NCBI GenBank assembly: GCA_963768255.1
Contig: CAVYGX010000005.1
Span: 35,094-99,093 of the forward strand
Length of the DNA stretch: 64,000 nucleotides
Direction of reading: 5' to 3'
From: an uncultured Acidimicrobiales bacterium
GTDB taxonomy: Bacteria > Actinomycetota > Acidimicrobiia > Acidimicrobiales > UBA8190
Shown here: in pieces, positions 30,162-39,660 of the stretch
How the letters are laid out: every line of letters starts with the position of its first letter
Numbering within the stretch: position 1 is the stretch's first letter
Translations under genes and position numbers: made by a program
Notes under the pieces: generated by a model
Told to the model about the DNA's origin: nothing
The model's database searches: none
The model's input: the letters and a program-made list of their open reading frames with translations, nothing else

Positions 30162-30443
30162 TCAGGGCCGGGTGGGCCCGTCAGACCAAGGCGACGACTC
30201 CAGGGGCGGGTCACCCAAGTCGAGATCGGCCAGGGCGTGTTCGAGGACGAGCTCGGACAGTTCCGCCGCGCTGGCGTCGAGGATCCGGGTGTTGTGGGCC
30301 AGGTGCCGTGCTTGCGCCTGGGCGGTGGCGAATTGCTCCTCCAGGCGTTGACGGCGCCGGGACCAGTGCAAGAGCCCCGCGGCCGCGGCGCAGCCCAGCA
30401 GCAACACTTCAGCGGCCAGCGCGAACGCCAGGGCCGTGGTCAC
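30162..30443 (-). CDS. Hypothetical small membrane-anchored coiled-coil protein
   Basis: GTG 30443: VTTALAFALAAEVLLLGCAAAAGLLHWSRRRQRLEEQFATAQAQ... One TM plus a helical tail. The N-terminal part of track ORF 30162-30587 overlaps the USP gene and is discarded. Confidence 0.35.
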   Translation of the reverse strand: MTTALAFALAAEVLLLGCAAAAGLLHWSRRRQRLEEQFATAQAQARHLAHNTRILDASAAELSELVLEHALADLDLGDPPLESSPWSDGPTRP

Positions 30444-30504
30444 CCCCCCACCCCCATCAACCTCCAGGGTACTTCGGATCGAGATCTTCGGCTCGGGGCC
30501 GGCC

Positions 30505-30933
30505 TCAGTCCTCGGGGGTGGGGACGACGAGCACGGGCACCGTGGAGCGGTGCAGCAGCTTGTGCGGCACCGAGCCGAGAATCGCACCCACGATGGGCCG
30601 CTCCCCGCTCCCCCCTACCACGATGACCCGGGCCTCACGCTCGAGCGACGCCTCGAGCAGAGATTCGACTGGCCGCAGCGCGGCCACGATCGGCTCGACC
30701 TTCACCGACGGGTCGAGGGCCTTGGCCTCTTTGACCGCGGCAGCGAGATGGTCTCTGCCGATCCTCTCGAGTTGGTTCTTGTAGTCGGCGGTCTCTCCAC
30801 CCATGGGATTCGGCTCGTACCCGAACACGACGGTGAGCGGGGCGTCGAAAGCCTTGGCGACCGAGACCGCCACCGACAGGGCCGCCTTGGACCCGATCGA
30901 ACCGTCGTAGCCGAGGACGATGTCGCCGGCCAT
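30505..30933 (-). CDS. Universal stress protein (UspA family)
   Basis: IVLGYDGS..., VIVVGGSGERPIVGAILGSVPHKLLHRSTVPVLVV. The start overlaps the permease stop. Confidence 0.9.
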   Translation of the reverse strand: MAGDIVLGYDGSIGSKAALSVAVSVAKAFDAPLTVVFGYEPNPMGGETADYKNQLERIGRDHLAAAVKEAKALDPSVKVEPIVAALRPVESLLEASLEREARVIVVGGSGERPIVGAILGSVPHKLLHRSTVPVLVVPTPED

Positions 30934-32633
30934 CAGTCGGTCACCGGGATGACACCGGGGGTGAGCGGCGGAGCAGGCGCGTCGACGGATTCGGCCACCT
31001 CACGATCACGATGAAAGAACTCGCGGTTCCGGATCTTCCATATCAGCATGAGCGGAACCCCCAAAAACAGAAGGCCGATCCCAAGCACGAGCGGTGGCCC
31101 GAGCCCCTTCTTCACGTAGAGATGCCAGTGGAAGATGTGGAAGCTGAAGTGGATACCGGGGAACCACGCCTGGTTTCCCGAAGCAGAGTTGACCGGGTCG
31201 GAGTAGTAGAAGATGGCCACCACAAAGAGCACGGCAAGGATGATCCCACCGAGCAACGGGGCGAGGCCGATGAAGATGAAGTTCTTCAGGCTCTTGAAGA
31301 TGTGGCGGCGGTAGTAGAACACGCAGGCGAAGCCGGTCAGGCCGTAGTAGAAGGCGATGCCGAAGCCAAGCGCCTCGATGGAGTTGGCCAGCACGTCGTT
31401 GGGGCTGATCAGTGTGAGCGCCACGTACCAGATCACGGAGATGGCCCCGAACAACAGTGTGGAGAAGCCCGGGGACAGGTATTTGGGGTGGATATCGGCG
31501 AAGCGCCTGGGCAGCGCCTTGTGGACGGCCATCGACAACGACGACCGAGCGGCGGGCAGGATCGTGGTCTGGGTCGATGACGACGCCGAGGTAAGCACGC
31601 AGATGATGAGCAGCTTGTTCCACGGTGAGCCGAATACCGCCGTCCCCAAAGCGTTGAGAACGTCCCCGATGTTGTTTGCGCTCGTGAGGAATCCGGGGCC
31701 CTTGAACGCCTGGGCGGCCACGGTGACGACGACGTAAATGAGCACAAGCACGATCGTCGACCACAGGGCGGCACGGCCCGGGGTCCTTCTCGTGTCCTTC
31801 GCCTCCTCGTTCACGGTGACAGCGGTGTCCCAGCCCCAATAGATGAACACCGCCAGGAGCATCCCTGCCGACAGCGCCCCCACCGACGTGATCTTGAACG
31901 GGTTGAGCCATTCGAACGAGGGGCGGACGCTGTGCGCGACATGGCCGGCGTAGATCTTGATCAGGGCCACGAGGGAGAAGGCGAAGAGGATGAGGACCTC
32001 GGCGCCGAGCAGCGCCATTTGGGTGCGGGCCGACAACTCGATGCCGATGTAGCAGATGGCGGTCATGACGATGATCCAGACCACGCCGACGAAGGTGACC
32101 CAGAACCCCGAGCCGTTGTTGGCGATGCCGTGGGCGCCGAAGAGCGAGAAGGTGTACACGCCGGCGATCGATGCCAGGTTGGGCATGACCACCAGGTCGG
32201 TCATGAGGATGCCCCACCCCGCCAACCACCCCGTGTTGGGGCCCATGGCACGCGTGACCCAGGTGAAGGTGGTGCCGCAGTCAGGGTCGGCCCGGTTCAG
32301 GTAGAAGTAGGCGGCCGCGATGAAAAGCATGGGCACGAAGGCCAGCAACATCACCGAAGCCGATTGCAGCCCGACGATGGCGACCACGAAGCCGAGCGTC
32401 GCCGCCAGGCTGTAGGCAGGAGCGGTGGACGCCACCCCGATGACGAGGCTCGAGATCATCCCGAGCGCACCGACCTTGAGGCCCTTGCCCCCGGGCGGTT
32501 CGCCCGTCGGCCTGGCGCCCAGTTCCCCGGAGTCCGCGGTGGTCGTCGTCAATTGACCCCTCCCCGTCGACGCTGCGAGCATATTCGCAGACCAAATGTC
32601 AGCTGACAAGCGATTCCGTTGCATAATGGGCAT
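30933..32633 (-). CDS. APC-superfamily amino acid/polyamine permease
   Basis: 12+ TM with typical APC blocks (GVASTAPAYSLAATLG, FIYWGWDTAVTVNEEAKD). The start is ATG 32633 or 32582. The longer track ORF (to 32813) would overlap the divergent aminotransferase. Confidence 0.9.
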   Translation of the reverse strand: MPIMQRNRLSADIWSANMLAASTGRGQLTTTTADSGELGARPTGEPPGGKGLKVGALGMISSLVIGVASTAPAYSLAATLGFVVAIVGLQSASVMLLAFVPMLFIAAAYFYLNRADPDCGTTFTWVTRAMGPNTGWLAGWGILMTDLVVMPNLASIAGVYTFSLFGAHGIANNGSGFWVTFVGVVWIIVMTAICYIGIELSARTQMALLGAEVLILFAFSLVALIKIYAGHVAHSVRPSFEWLNPFKITSVGALSAGMLLAVFIYWGWDTAVTVNEEAKDTRRTPGRAALWSTIVLVLIYVVVTVAAQAFKGPGFLTSANNIGDVLNALGTAVFGSPWNKLLIICVLTSASSSTQTTILPAARSSLSMAVHKALPRRFADIHPKYLSPGFSTLLFGAISVIWYVALTLISPNDVLANSIEALGFGIAFYYGLTGFACVFYYRRHIFKSLKNFIFIGLAPLLGGIILAVLFVVAIFYYSDPVNSASGNQAWFPGIHFSFHIFHWHLYVKKGLGPPLVLGIGLLFLGVPLMLIWKIRNREFFHRDREVAESVDAPAPPLTPGVIPVTD

Positions 32634-32714
32634 GACGACCCTGTATTCGCGTACCAGCCCTGATCGTCGGGGCGGGGGCACGAGCCGGCGGGCGGTGGGA
32701 AGGATCTGAGCGCC

Positions 32715-34121
32715 ATGACCGACACCAATCACGAGATCCCGAGCGCGTCGGCAACGGGCGCCGACGACGAACGGCTGAGCGCCCGGGCCCGGGAGCTGTT
32801 CGCCCGGGAGCACGCCGCGCTGATGGAGGCGACGCCGGCGTCGCGCCGGCTGTTCGAGCGGGCCCGCAAGACACTGCCTCTCGGTGTGGCGTCCTCGTTC
32901 CAGGCGGCAGACCCCTATCCCATCTACCTGTCACGCGGCCTCGGCGCCGAGGTCTGGGACGTCGACGGGCGGGACTACATCGACTTCCACAACGGCTTCG
33001 GCTCGACCGCCGCGGGCCACGCCCACCCGCGCATCGTCGCCGCCATCGAAGGCACGGCGAGATCGGGAACGCAGTTCGCGGTGACCACCGAAACCGCGGT
33101 GAGCCTGGCCGAGGAGCTGTGTCGACGGTTCCGGCTCGAGCGCGTGCGCTTTACCAACTCGGGGACCGAAGCCACCATGGACGCCATACGCCTGGCGCGC
33201 GGTGTCACGGGGCGTGACGTCATCTGCAAGATCGAGGGCGCCTACCACGGCCATCACGACGCCGTGATGTTCTCCGTCGCACCGAGCCTCAACCTCATCG
33301 AAGCGACCGAGCAGACAGGGATGCATCCACCGGCCTCCAAAGGCATCCCGGCCGAGATGCACAAATGGACCCTCGTCGTCCCCTACAACGACCTCGGGGC
33401 CCTCGATCGACTCTTCACCGAGCGCGGCGACGAGATCGGTTGCTTCATCCTGGAACCGGTCATGATGAACATCGGCATCGTGCTCCCCCAACCCGGCTAC
33501 CTCGAAGGAGTGCGCGAGCTGTGCACCCGTCACGGCGTGGTGCTCATCTTCGACGAGGTGAAGTGTGGCGCCACCATCGCGGCCGGCGGCGCTATCGAGC
33601 GCTTCGGCGTCCAGCCCGATCTGGCGTGCTTCGCCAAGTCGATCACCGGAGGCACGCCCGCCGGTGCATTCGGTGGCCGGGCCGACCTCATGGACGAGAT
33701 CGGGAACGGCATCGCCCAGCAGGGCACGTTCAACGGCAACCCTCTCGCCGCCGCGGCCGGCTTGACATCGCTCACCGAGGTCCTCACCGCCGATGCCTAC
33801 GAGCATTTCAAGCAGATGGGAAGTCGCCTGGCCGACGGGTGCGCGCAGGCCATCGCCGCCCACGACATCCCGGCGCACGTCATCGACCTGGGGTGCAAGG
33901 GATGTGTCTCGTACCGCCGCGAGCCGCTGGTGGACTACCGAAGCTTTCTCGAGACCGATGGCGATCTCTTCGACGCATCGTGGGCCTGGCTCGTGAACCG
34001 GGGCATCTTCATGACCCCGGGTAACGAGGAGCAGTGGACGCTATCGGTACAGCACGAGGCCACCCACATCGACCGGTTCGTCGACGTCTTCGGCCAATTC
34101 TGCGCCGAAGTGACCGGATGA
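32715..34121 (+). CDS. Class III PLP aminotransferase (glutamate-1-semialdehyde aminomutase-like subgroup)
   Basis: FTNSGTEATMDAIRLAR, LIFDEVKCG, and the PLP-Lys context FAKSITGG. Confidence 0.9.
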   Translation: MTDTNHEIPSASATGADDERLSARARELFAREHAALMEATPASRRLFERARKTLPLGVASSFQAADPYPIYLSRGLGAEVWDVDGRDYIDFHNGFGSTAAGHAHPRIVAAIEGTARSGTQFAVTTETAVSLAEELCRRFRLERVRFTNSGTEATMDAIRLARGVTGRDVICKIEGAYHGHHDAVMFSVAPSLNLIEATEQTGMHPPASKGIPAEMHKWTLVVPYNDLGALDRLFTERGDEIGCFILEPVMMNIGIVLPQPGYLEGVRELCTRHGVVLIFDEVKCGATIAAGGAIERFGVQPDLACFAKSITGGTPAGAFGGRADLMDEIGNGIAQQGTFNGNPLAAAAGLTSLTEVLTADAYEHFKQMGSRLADGCAQAIAAHDIPAHVIDLGCKGCVSYRREPLVDYRSFLETDGDLFDASWAWLVNRGIFMTPGNEEQWTLSVQHEATHIDRFVDVFGQFCAEVTG

Positions 34122-34153
34122 GCAGCCCGCGCCGCGGCAGCCACCGGGTCCGA

Positions 34154-35449
34154 TCAGCGTCCTAGCGCGTCGCGCACCTTGAACCCCATGCCCGCCCCCG
34201 CCAGGAGCAACGGCGCACGGGCAGGCCACGGCATCGGCCGCCAGGCTCTGTCGCCGAACGCCGGCAGGGTGCCGTCACCGCAGAGCCATCGACCGACGGA
34301 CCGACCGAAGTGAACGGACAGGGCCACGCCACTCCCGCAGTACCCCATGGCGTAGACGACGCCGGTGTCGCCCTGGCGACCCACGTGGGGAAAGCGATCG
34401 GCCGTGAGCGCCACACGCCCTCCCCAGGCGCGCTCGACCGCGACCCCGGCCAACTGGGGATGGAGCTCGATCATGGCGGCGTACAGCTGGTCCCTGGACT
34501 TCTCGACGGTCGTGGGCGACAAAGAGGTGCGACCCCCGAAGAGGATGCGCGTCCCGTCGGGCGACAAGCGCCAATAGTGCAGAAGGCTCCTGGTGTCGAA
34601 GAACATGCGACCATGAGGGTTGACCGACGTCGTGATGTCGGGATCGAGGGGCTCGGTGGCGATCATGTAGCTGCCGATCGACAGGACACGACGCCCGAGC
34701 CACGGGACCAGCCGGCGATCGGTCGTGCCATTGGTGGCCACCACGACCTCCCTGCACCGCAGTGCGCCCCGAGACGTCTCGAGCTCGAACCCCTGGGCGC
34801 GCCGCCCCAGCGCGAGCACGGCGGTGGCCCCGTGCAGTTCGGCCCCCGACCCGGTGGCCGCCCGAGCCAGTCCTGCCGCCAGTTTGGCGGGGTGGATCCC
34901 CGCACTTCTCGCCACCAGGAGCCCACCGTGGAAACGCTCGGAGCCGATCTCGCCCCCCAGCTCGGCCGCGTCAACGAAGCGGGCCTCCTCGCCGATGAGG
35001 GCGTAGGCCTCGGCCACGACGCGCTGACGGGCCGCCACGCGGGGATGATGGGCCAACTCGAGGTGTCCCCGGCGCTGCCAATCGAACGAGATACCGAGCT
35101 CGGCGGCGAGAGAACCCACTCCTTCGAAGGCCGCCACGGTCTCGTCCCAGAGGCCCCGACCGTTGGGTTGCGCCAGGAACTCCGACACGTCGTGCTTGCC
35201 TCCGGGGTGGACCATCCCCCCGTTGCGGCTGCTGGCCCCCGCTCCGATGTCGTCGCGGTCGAGCACGACAACGTGCCGACCGGCCCGGGAGATCTCCAGA
35301 GCGGCCGCGAGCCCCGTGTACCCGCCTCCCACCACGGCCACGTCCGCTGTGGCCGGCAACCGAGCTGGTGCGGATTGGGGCAGGTCCACGTCGTCCCACC
35401 AGTAGGGCCGCCCCCGGTAACCCGGCGTCAAGGGTGCGGTGCGCCTCAT
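34154..35449 (-). CDS. FAD-dependent oxidoreductase (DAO family; gamma-glutamylputrescine-oxidase-like)
   Basis: VAVVGGGYTGLAAALE dinucleotide-binding motif, ...SSRNGGM..., and the overall DAO pattern. Confidence 0.9.
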   Translation of the reverse strand: MRRTAPLTPGYRGRPYWWDDVDLPQSAPARLPATADVAVVGGGYTGLAAALEISRAGRHVVVLDRDDIGAGASSRNGGMVHPGGKHDVSEFLAQPNGRGLWDETVAAFEGVGSLAAELGISFDWQRRGHLELAHHPRVAARQRVVAEAYALIGEEARFVDAAELGGEIGSERFHGGLLVARSAGIHPAKLAAGLARAATGSGAELHGATAVLALGRRAQGFELETSRGALRCREVVVATNGTTDRRLVPWLGRRVLSIGSYMIATEPLDPDITTSVNPHGRMFFDTRSLLHYWRLSPDGTRILFGGRTSLSPTTVEKSRDQLYAAMIELHPQLAGVAVERAWGGRVALTADRFPHVGRQGDTGVVYAMGYCGSGVALSVHFGRSVGRWLCGDGTLPAFGDRAWRPMPWPARAPLLLAGAGMGFKVRDALGR

Positions 35450-35499
35450 GGGGCAAGGTTCGCATCAGTCCGCGAGCTCGACAACACCAGAGACCAGCC

Positions 35500-35964
35500 A
35501 TGACCGCCGAGGGAAAGCTGGTGCTCGACGAGGTCGACAAGAGGATCATCGAGCAGCTCCAGCAGGACGGGAGACGGCCCTACACCCAGATCGCCCCGGC
35601 CGTGGGCCTGTCCGAGGCCGCGGTGCGCCAGCGCGTGCAGCGTCTCATCGACTCCGGGGTCATGCAGATCGTGGGGGTCACGGACCCGAAGATGGTGGGC
35701 TACGGCCGCCAGGCCATGATCGGGTTGAGCGTCGAGGGTGACACTCGCAAGATCGCCGATGCCGTGGCGGCGTTGGACGAGGTCGTGTACGTGGTGCTCA
35801 CGGCGGGGTCGCTCGACCTGTTGGTGGAGGTGGTGGTCGAAGACGACGAGCGCCTCCTGGACCTGCTCAACAAGAAGATCCGCACCATCGAGGGTGTCAG
35901 GGACACCGAGACGTTCATGTACCTCCGCATCCACAAGGAGACCTACGCCTGGGGCGCGCCGTGA
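35500..35964 (+). CDS. Lrp/AsnC-family transcriptional regulator
   Basis: LDEVDKRIIEQLQQDGRRPYTQIAPAVGLSEAAVRQRVQRL plus an RAM domain. ATG 35500 lies within track ORF 35368-35964. Confidence 0.9.
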   Translation: MTAEGKLVLDEVDKRIIEQLQQDGRRPYTQIAPAVGLSEAAVRQRVQRLIDSGVMQIVGVTDPKMVGYGRQAMIGLSVEGDTRKIADAVAALDEVVYVVLTAGSLDLLVEVVVEDDERLLDLLNKKIRTIEGVRDTETFMYLRIHKETYAWGAP

Positions 35965-37349
35965 CCAGAGATCCGGCACAGCTCCAAGCCGACGCCCGGC
36001 GCCATCTCTGGATGCACTTCAGTCGCCTGGGGGGTTACGCGGACACCGAGATCCCGATGTTCACGCGAGGCTCGGGAGTCCGCCTCTACGACGTCCACGG
36101 CCGCTCGTACCTCGATGGACTGGCGAGCCTGTTCGTGGTCCAGGTCGGGCACGGACGGGCCGACCTCGCCGACGTGGGGCGGCGCCAGGCGGAGGAGCTC
36201 GCCTACTACCCGATCTGGTCGGCGGCCCACCCCGCCGCGGTGGAGCTGGCGACCCGACTGGCGGAGCTGGCCCCGGGTGACCTCAACCGGGTGTTCTTCA
36301 CCACGGGTGGCTCCGAAGCCGTCGAGTCGGCGTGGAAACTCGCCCGCGCCTACTTCAAAGCCATCGGACAGCCGCAACGGACCAAGGTGATCGCCCGCGA
36401 CCTCGCCTATCACGGCACCACGATGGGAGCGCTCGCCATCACCGGGCTCCCGGCGTTGCGCGACCAGTTCGAGCCCGTCATGCCCGGCGCCGTGCACGTC
36501 CCCAACACCAACCGCTTCCGGTCCACGTTCGGGCCCGAGGTGACCGGCGACCTCGACCGGTTCGCGGCCGCCTGTGCCGACGCCGTCGAGGATGCCATCC
36601 TGGCCGAGGGGCCCGACACGGTGGCCGCCGTGTTCGTCGAGCCGCTGCAGAACACCGGGGGATGCTTCGTGGCTCCTCCCGGCTACTTCTCCCGGGTACG
36701 CGACATCTGCGACCGGTACGGTGTCCTGCTCGTGTCCGACGAGGTGATCTGCGCGTTCGGGAGGCTGGGTTCGTGGTTCGGCGCCGAGCGCTACGGCTAC
36801 CTGCCCGACATGCTCACCTTCGCCAAGGGGGTCACGTCGGGCTACGCACCTCTGGCCGGGGTCCTGTGCCGTGACTTCCTGGCCGAGCCCTTCCTGAGCG
36901 GCGACGCCAGCTTCACCCATGGCATCACCTTCGGCGGGCACCCCGTCTCGTGTGCGGTGGCGCTCGCCAACCTCGCCGTCCTCGACGAGGAGGGAGTCAT
37001 CGACCACGTGGCCGCCCTGGGTCCGGCCTTCGGAGCGCGCCTCGGATCTCTGCGCGACGTGCCGATCGTGGGAGATGTCAGAGGAGACGGCTTCTTCTGG
37101 GCGGTCGAGTTGGTCAAGGACCCCGACCACCCCGACGTGCGCTTCACCCGCGAGGAGCGCTCGGAGCTGATCCGAGGTTTGGTAGCGCCCCGACTGTTCG
37201 AGGAGGGCCTCGTGTGCAGGGCCGATGACCGGGTCGATCCCGTGGTGCAGCTGTCGCCCGTCCTGGTGTGCGGCGAGGACGAGTTGGACGAGATCGAGGC
37301 GACGTTGCGCGCCGTCCTCACCGAGGCGACAAAACACCTCTCGCGATAG
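35961..37349 (+). CDS. Class III PLP aminotransferase (omega-transaminase type)
   Basis: FTTGGSEAVESAWKLAR, LVSDEVICAFGRLG, and the PLP-Lys context TFAKGVTSGY. The GTG start overlaps the Lrp stop (GTGA). Confidence 0.9.
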   Translation: MTRDPAQLQADARRHLWMHFSRLGGYADTEIPMFTRGSGVRLYDVHGRSYLDGLASLFVVQVGHGRADLADVGRRQAEELAYYPIWSAAHPAAVELATRLAELAPGDLNRVFFTTGGSEAVESAWKLARAYFKAIGQPQRTKVIARDLAYHGTTMGALAITGLPALRDQFEPVMPGAVHVPNTNRFRSTFGPEVTGDLDRFAAACADAVEDAILAEGPDTVAAVFVEPLQNTGGCFVAPPGYFSRVRDICDRYGVLLVSDEVICAFGRLGSWFGAERYGYLPDMLTFAKGVTSGYAPLAGVLCRDFLAEPFLSGDASFTHGITFGGHPVSCAVALANLAVLDEEGVIDHVAALGPAFGARLGSLRDVPIVGDVRGDGFFWAVELVKDPDHPDVRFTREERSELIRGLVAPRLFEEGLVCRADDRVDPVVQLSPVLVCGEDELDEIEATLRAVLTEATKHLSR

Positions 37350-37464
37350 CCGAGAGCGGGTCCGAGACCGGGGCCTCCACACGGCCGTCGCTACACTGAC
37401 GTCGGTCCAAAACCCCATCGGACCATCCCGAGCCATCGGCCGGACACGCCGTGTCAGGAGACCC

Positions 37465-37932
37465 GTGGAGCCTTCCGAGATCGAATCCATCTGTCAGGTG
37501 AAGTACGAGTATTTCCGGCTGCTCGATTTGAAGCGCTTCGCCGAGCTCGGAGCACTGCTCACCGCGGATGCCACCACCGGCTACCAGTCCGGTGAGCTAC
37601 GCCAGAGCGGACGTGACGCCATCGTGGCGTTCCTCGAGGAGTCGCTCGGAGACGCCGGGATCGTGACGATGCACAACGGGCATCACCCCGAGATCGTGCT
37701 CCACGATGACACGACGGCCTCGGGCCGGTGGTACCTCGAGGACCGGGTGATCGTCCCCGCGCACGACTTCGAGCTGCACGGCACGGCGATCTACGAGGAC
37801 CGCTACCAGAAGGTCGACGGAGTGTGGAAGATCTCACACACGGGATACGACCGTATCTACGAGGAACATCTCCGCTACTCGAGTGGAGAGGTCCGCTCGA
37901 TCCGCGCCGGCGGCCAAACCACGACCTTCTGA
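37465..37932 (+). CDS. NTF2-like (SnoaL_4-type) protein
   Basis: EIESICQVKYEYFRLLDLKRFAELGALLT...SGRWYLEDRVI...YEDRYQKVDGVWKISHTGY. GTG 37465 is preceded by AGGAG. Confidence 0.75.
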   Translation: MEPSEIESICQVKYEYFRLLDLKRFAELGALLTADATTGYQSGELRQSGRDAIVAFLEESLGDAGIVTMHNGHHPEIVLHDDTTASGRWYLEDRVIVPAHDFELHGTAIYEDRYQKVDGVWKISHTGYDRIYEEHLRYSSGEVRSIRAGGQTTTF

Positions 37933-37957
37933 GGCTCCTCCGAGTTGTCCTCGGTGA

Positions 37958-38929
37958 TCAGGGAACCAGGACGACCTTCCCGGTGACCGTCCGGTCGAGC
38001 AGGGAGGCCATGACCTCCGCGGCCTGGTCGAGCGGGCGCTCGGTGGGTTCGGTCGGGTGCAGGCGGCCGCTCGTCACCATCTCGATGAGCTCGTCGAGCA
38101 TGGCGCGATGGGCGTCGGGGTCGCGCATCGCCCAAGCCCCCCAGTCGACGCCCACGACGGTGCGGTTGTTGAGCAGCACGTGGTTGAGCGGGACCGAGGC
38201 GATCGGGCCCGACGCGAACCCGATGACGCAGAACCTCCCGAATGTCCTCGTGGCACGCAGCGCGGGCTCGCTGTGGCGCCCCCCCACGGGATCGACAACC
38301 ACGTCCGCCCCACCGTCGGTGAGCTCACGCACACGCGACTTCAGGTCCTCGTGCTCGTACGCGACGGTGGCGTGCACGCCCATATGGCGCGCGGCATCGA
38401 GCTTCTCCTCGCTCGACGCCGCTGCCACCACGCGGGCCCCGAGGGCAACGGCGACATCGACGGCCGCCAATCCGATGCCACCACCCGCTCCCAGGACGAG
38501 CACCCATTCACCCTCGTCGACGGTGATGCGGCACGCCAGCGCGAACCATGCCGTGCAGTAGCTCTGGATGAACGCAGCGGCCTGACTGAAAGCCAACGCG
38601 TCGGGCACCGAGTCGAGCGAGGACGCCGCCACGGCCACCTGCTCGGCGAAGGCACCGAACCCGGTCATGGCCATGACCCGCTCCCCCACCTGCACCCGGT
38701 CGACGCCCTCGCCGACCGCGCTCACGACACCGGCGATCTCTCCGCCCGGCACGTAGGGAACGGCCGGCTTCATCTGGTACCGGCCCTGGCAGATGAGTCC
38801 GTCCACATAGTTCACACCGGCGGCACGCACGTCGACGATTACCTGTCCGCGCCCGGGCACGGGCGTGGCGCGCTCTTCGACGACGACGTTGTCGAGCGAG
38901 CCGAGCTCATTGCACACCACCGCACGCAC
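37958..38929 (-). CDS. NADPH:quinone oxidoreductase / MDR-superfamily zinc-independent alcohol dehydrogenase
   Basis: VRAVVCNELGSL..., VDVRAAGVNYVD, LVLGAGGGIGLAAVDVA, and the C-terminal GKVVLVP. Confidence 0.9.
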   Translation of the reverse strand: MRAVVCNELGSLDNVVVEERATPVPGRGQVIVDVRAAGVNYVDGLICQGRYQMKPAVPYVPGGEIAGVVSAVGEGVDRVQVGERVMAMTGFGAFAEQVAVAASSLDSVPDALAFSQAAAFIQSYCTAWFALACRITVDEGEWVLVLGAGGGIGLAAVDVAVALGARVVAAASSEEKLDAARHMGVHATVAYEHEDLKSRVRELTDGGADVVVDPVGGRHSEPALRATRTFGRFCVIGFASGPIASVPLNHVLLNNRTVVGVDWGAWAMRDPDAHRAMLDELIEMVTSGRLHPTEPTERPLDQAAEVMASLLDRTVTGKVVLVP

Positions 38930-39045
38930 GGTCCGGGACACTAGGCCACCGGCTCCTCCACCCCTTCTCTCCCCGGGGACCTTTCCCGGGCCGACCAGCA
39001 AAACTTCTTGCATCGTGAGTGCAACGTTCTTAGGATCGCGAGGCA

Positions 39046-39660
39046 GTGTCGATCATCGAGCACAAGACCGAGGACGGGAGGCTGGCTCGCGGCGAGCGAA
39101 CCCGAGAATCTCTGGCCGAAGCGCTCATCTTCCTCCTCGAGGAGGGAGATGCCCGTCCCACGGCCCGCCGTATCGCGCTGCGGGCCGGAGTGTCCCTGCG
39201 GTCGGTCTTCCACCACTTCGACGACCTCGAATCGATCCTGAGAGCCGCCGTGAAAATCCAGGAACACCGGCACTGGCGCCATGTCCGACCCGTGGATCCC
39301 AGCCTGCCGATCGACGACCGGGTGGCCCGAATCGTTCGCCAGCGGGACGTGGTATTCCGGGCCACCGCACCGGTACGGCGGTCGGCCGAGCGCTTCACGC
39401 CCACCTCGCCCACGGTGACAGCCGAGCTGGCCCGGGCAGGTGCGTGGCTCCGCGAGCAGCTCCGAGTCACCTTCGCCCCCGAGATCGAGCTTCGACGCGC
39501 CGGCGATGCCCAGGTCCTCCTCGACGCGCTGGAGGTAGCGACGTCGTGGGAGACGTGGGAACAATTGGCGCGGCTCGGCCGGACGGCGTCCGCCGCCCGG
39601 CGGACCATGGAGGCGCTCACCCGTTCCGTGCTGGCAACTCCCACCGGAGGAAATCCGTGA
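39046..39660 (+). CDS. TetR-family transcriptional regulator
   Basis: N-terminal HTH: TRESLAEALIFLLEEGDARPTARRIALRAGVSLRSVFHHF. Confidence 0.85.
   Translation: MSIIEHKTEDGRLARGERTRESLAEALIFLLEEGDARPTARRIALRAGVSLRSVFHHFDDLESILRAAVKIQEHRHWRHVRPVDPSLPIDDRVARIVRQRDVVFRATAPVRRSAERFTPTSPTVTAELARAGAWLREQLRVTFAPEIELRRAGDAQVLLDALEVATSWETWEQLARLGRTASAARRTMEALTRSVLATPTGGNP

Noticed and set aside
28434-30626. A 730-aa plus-strand ORF that looks like one very large gene.
   Set aside because: It is a chimera. Its first part is antisense to the aldehyde dehydrogenase, its middle part is the true saccharopine-DH-like N-terminus (from ATG 28935), and its last part is out-of-frame read-through after the frame break near 29678.
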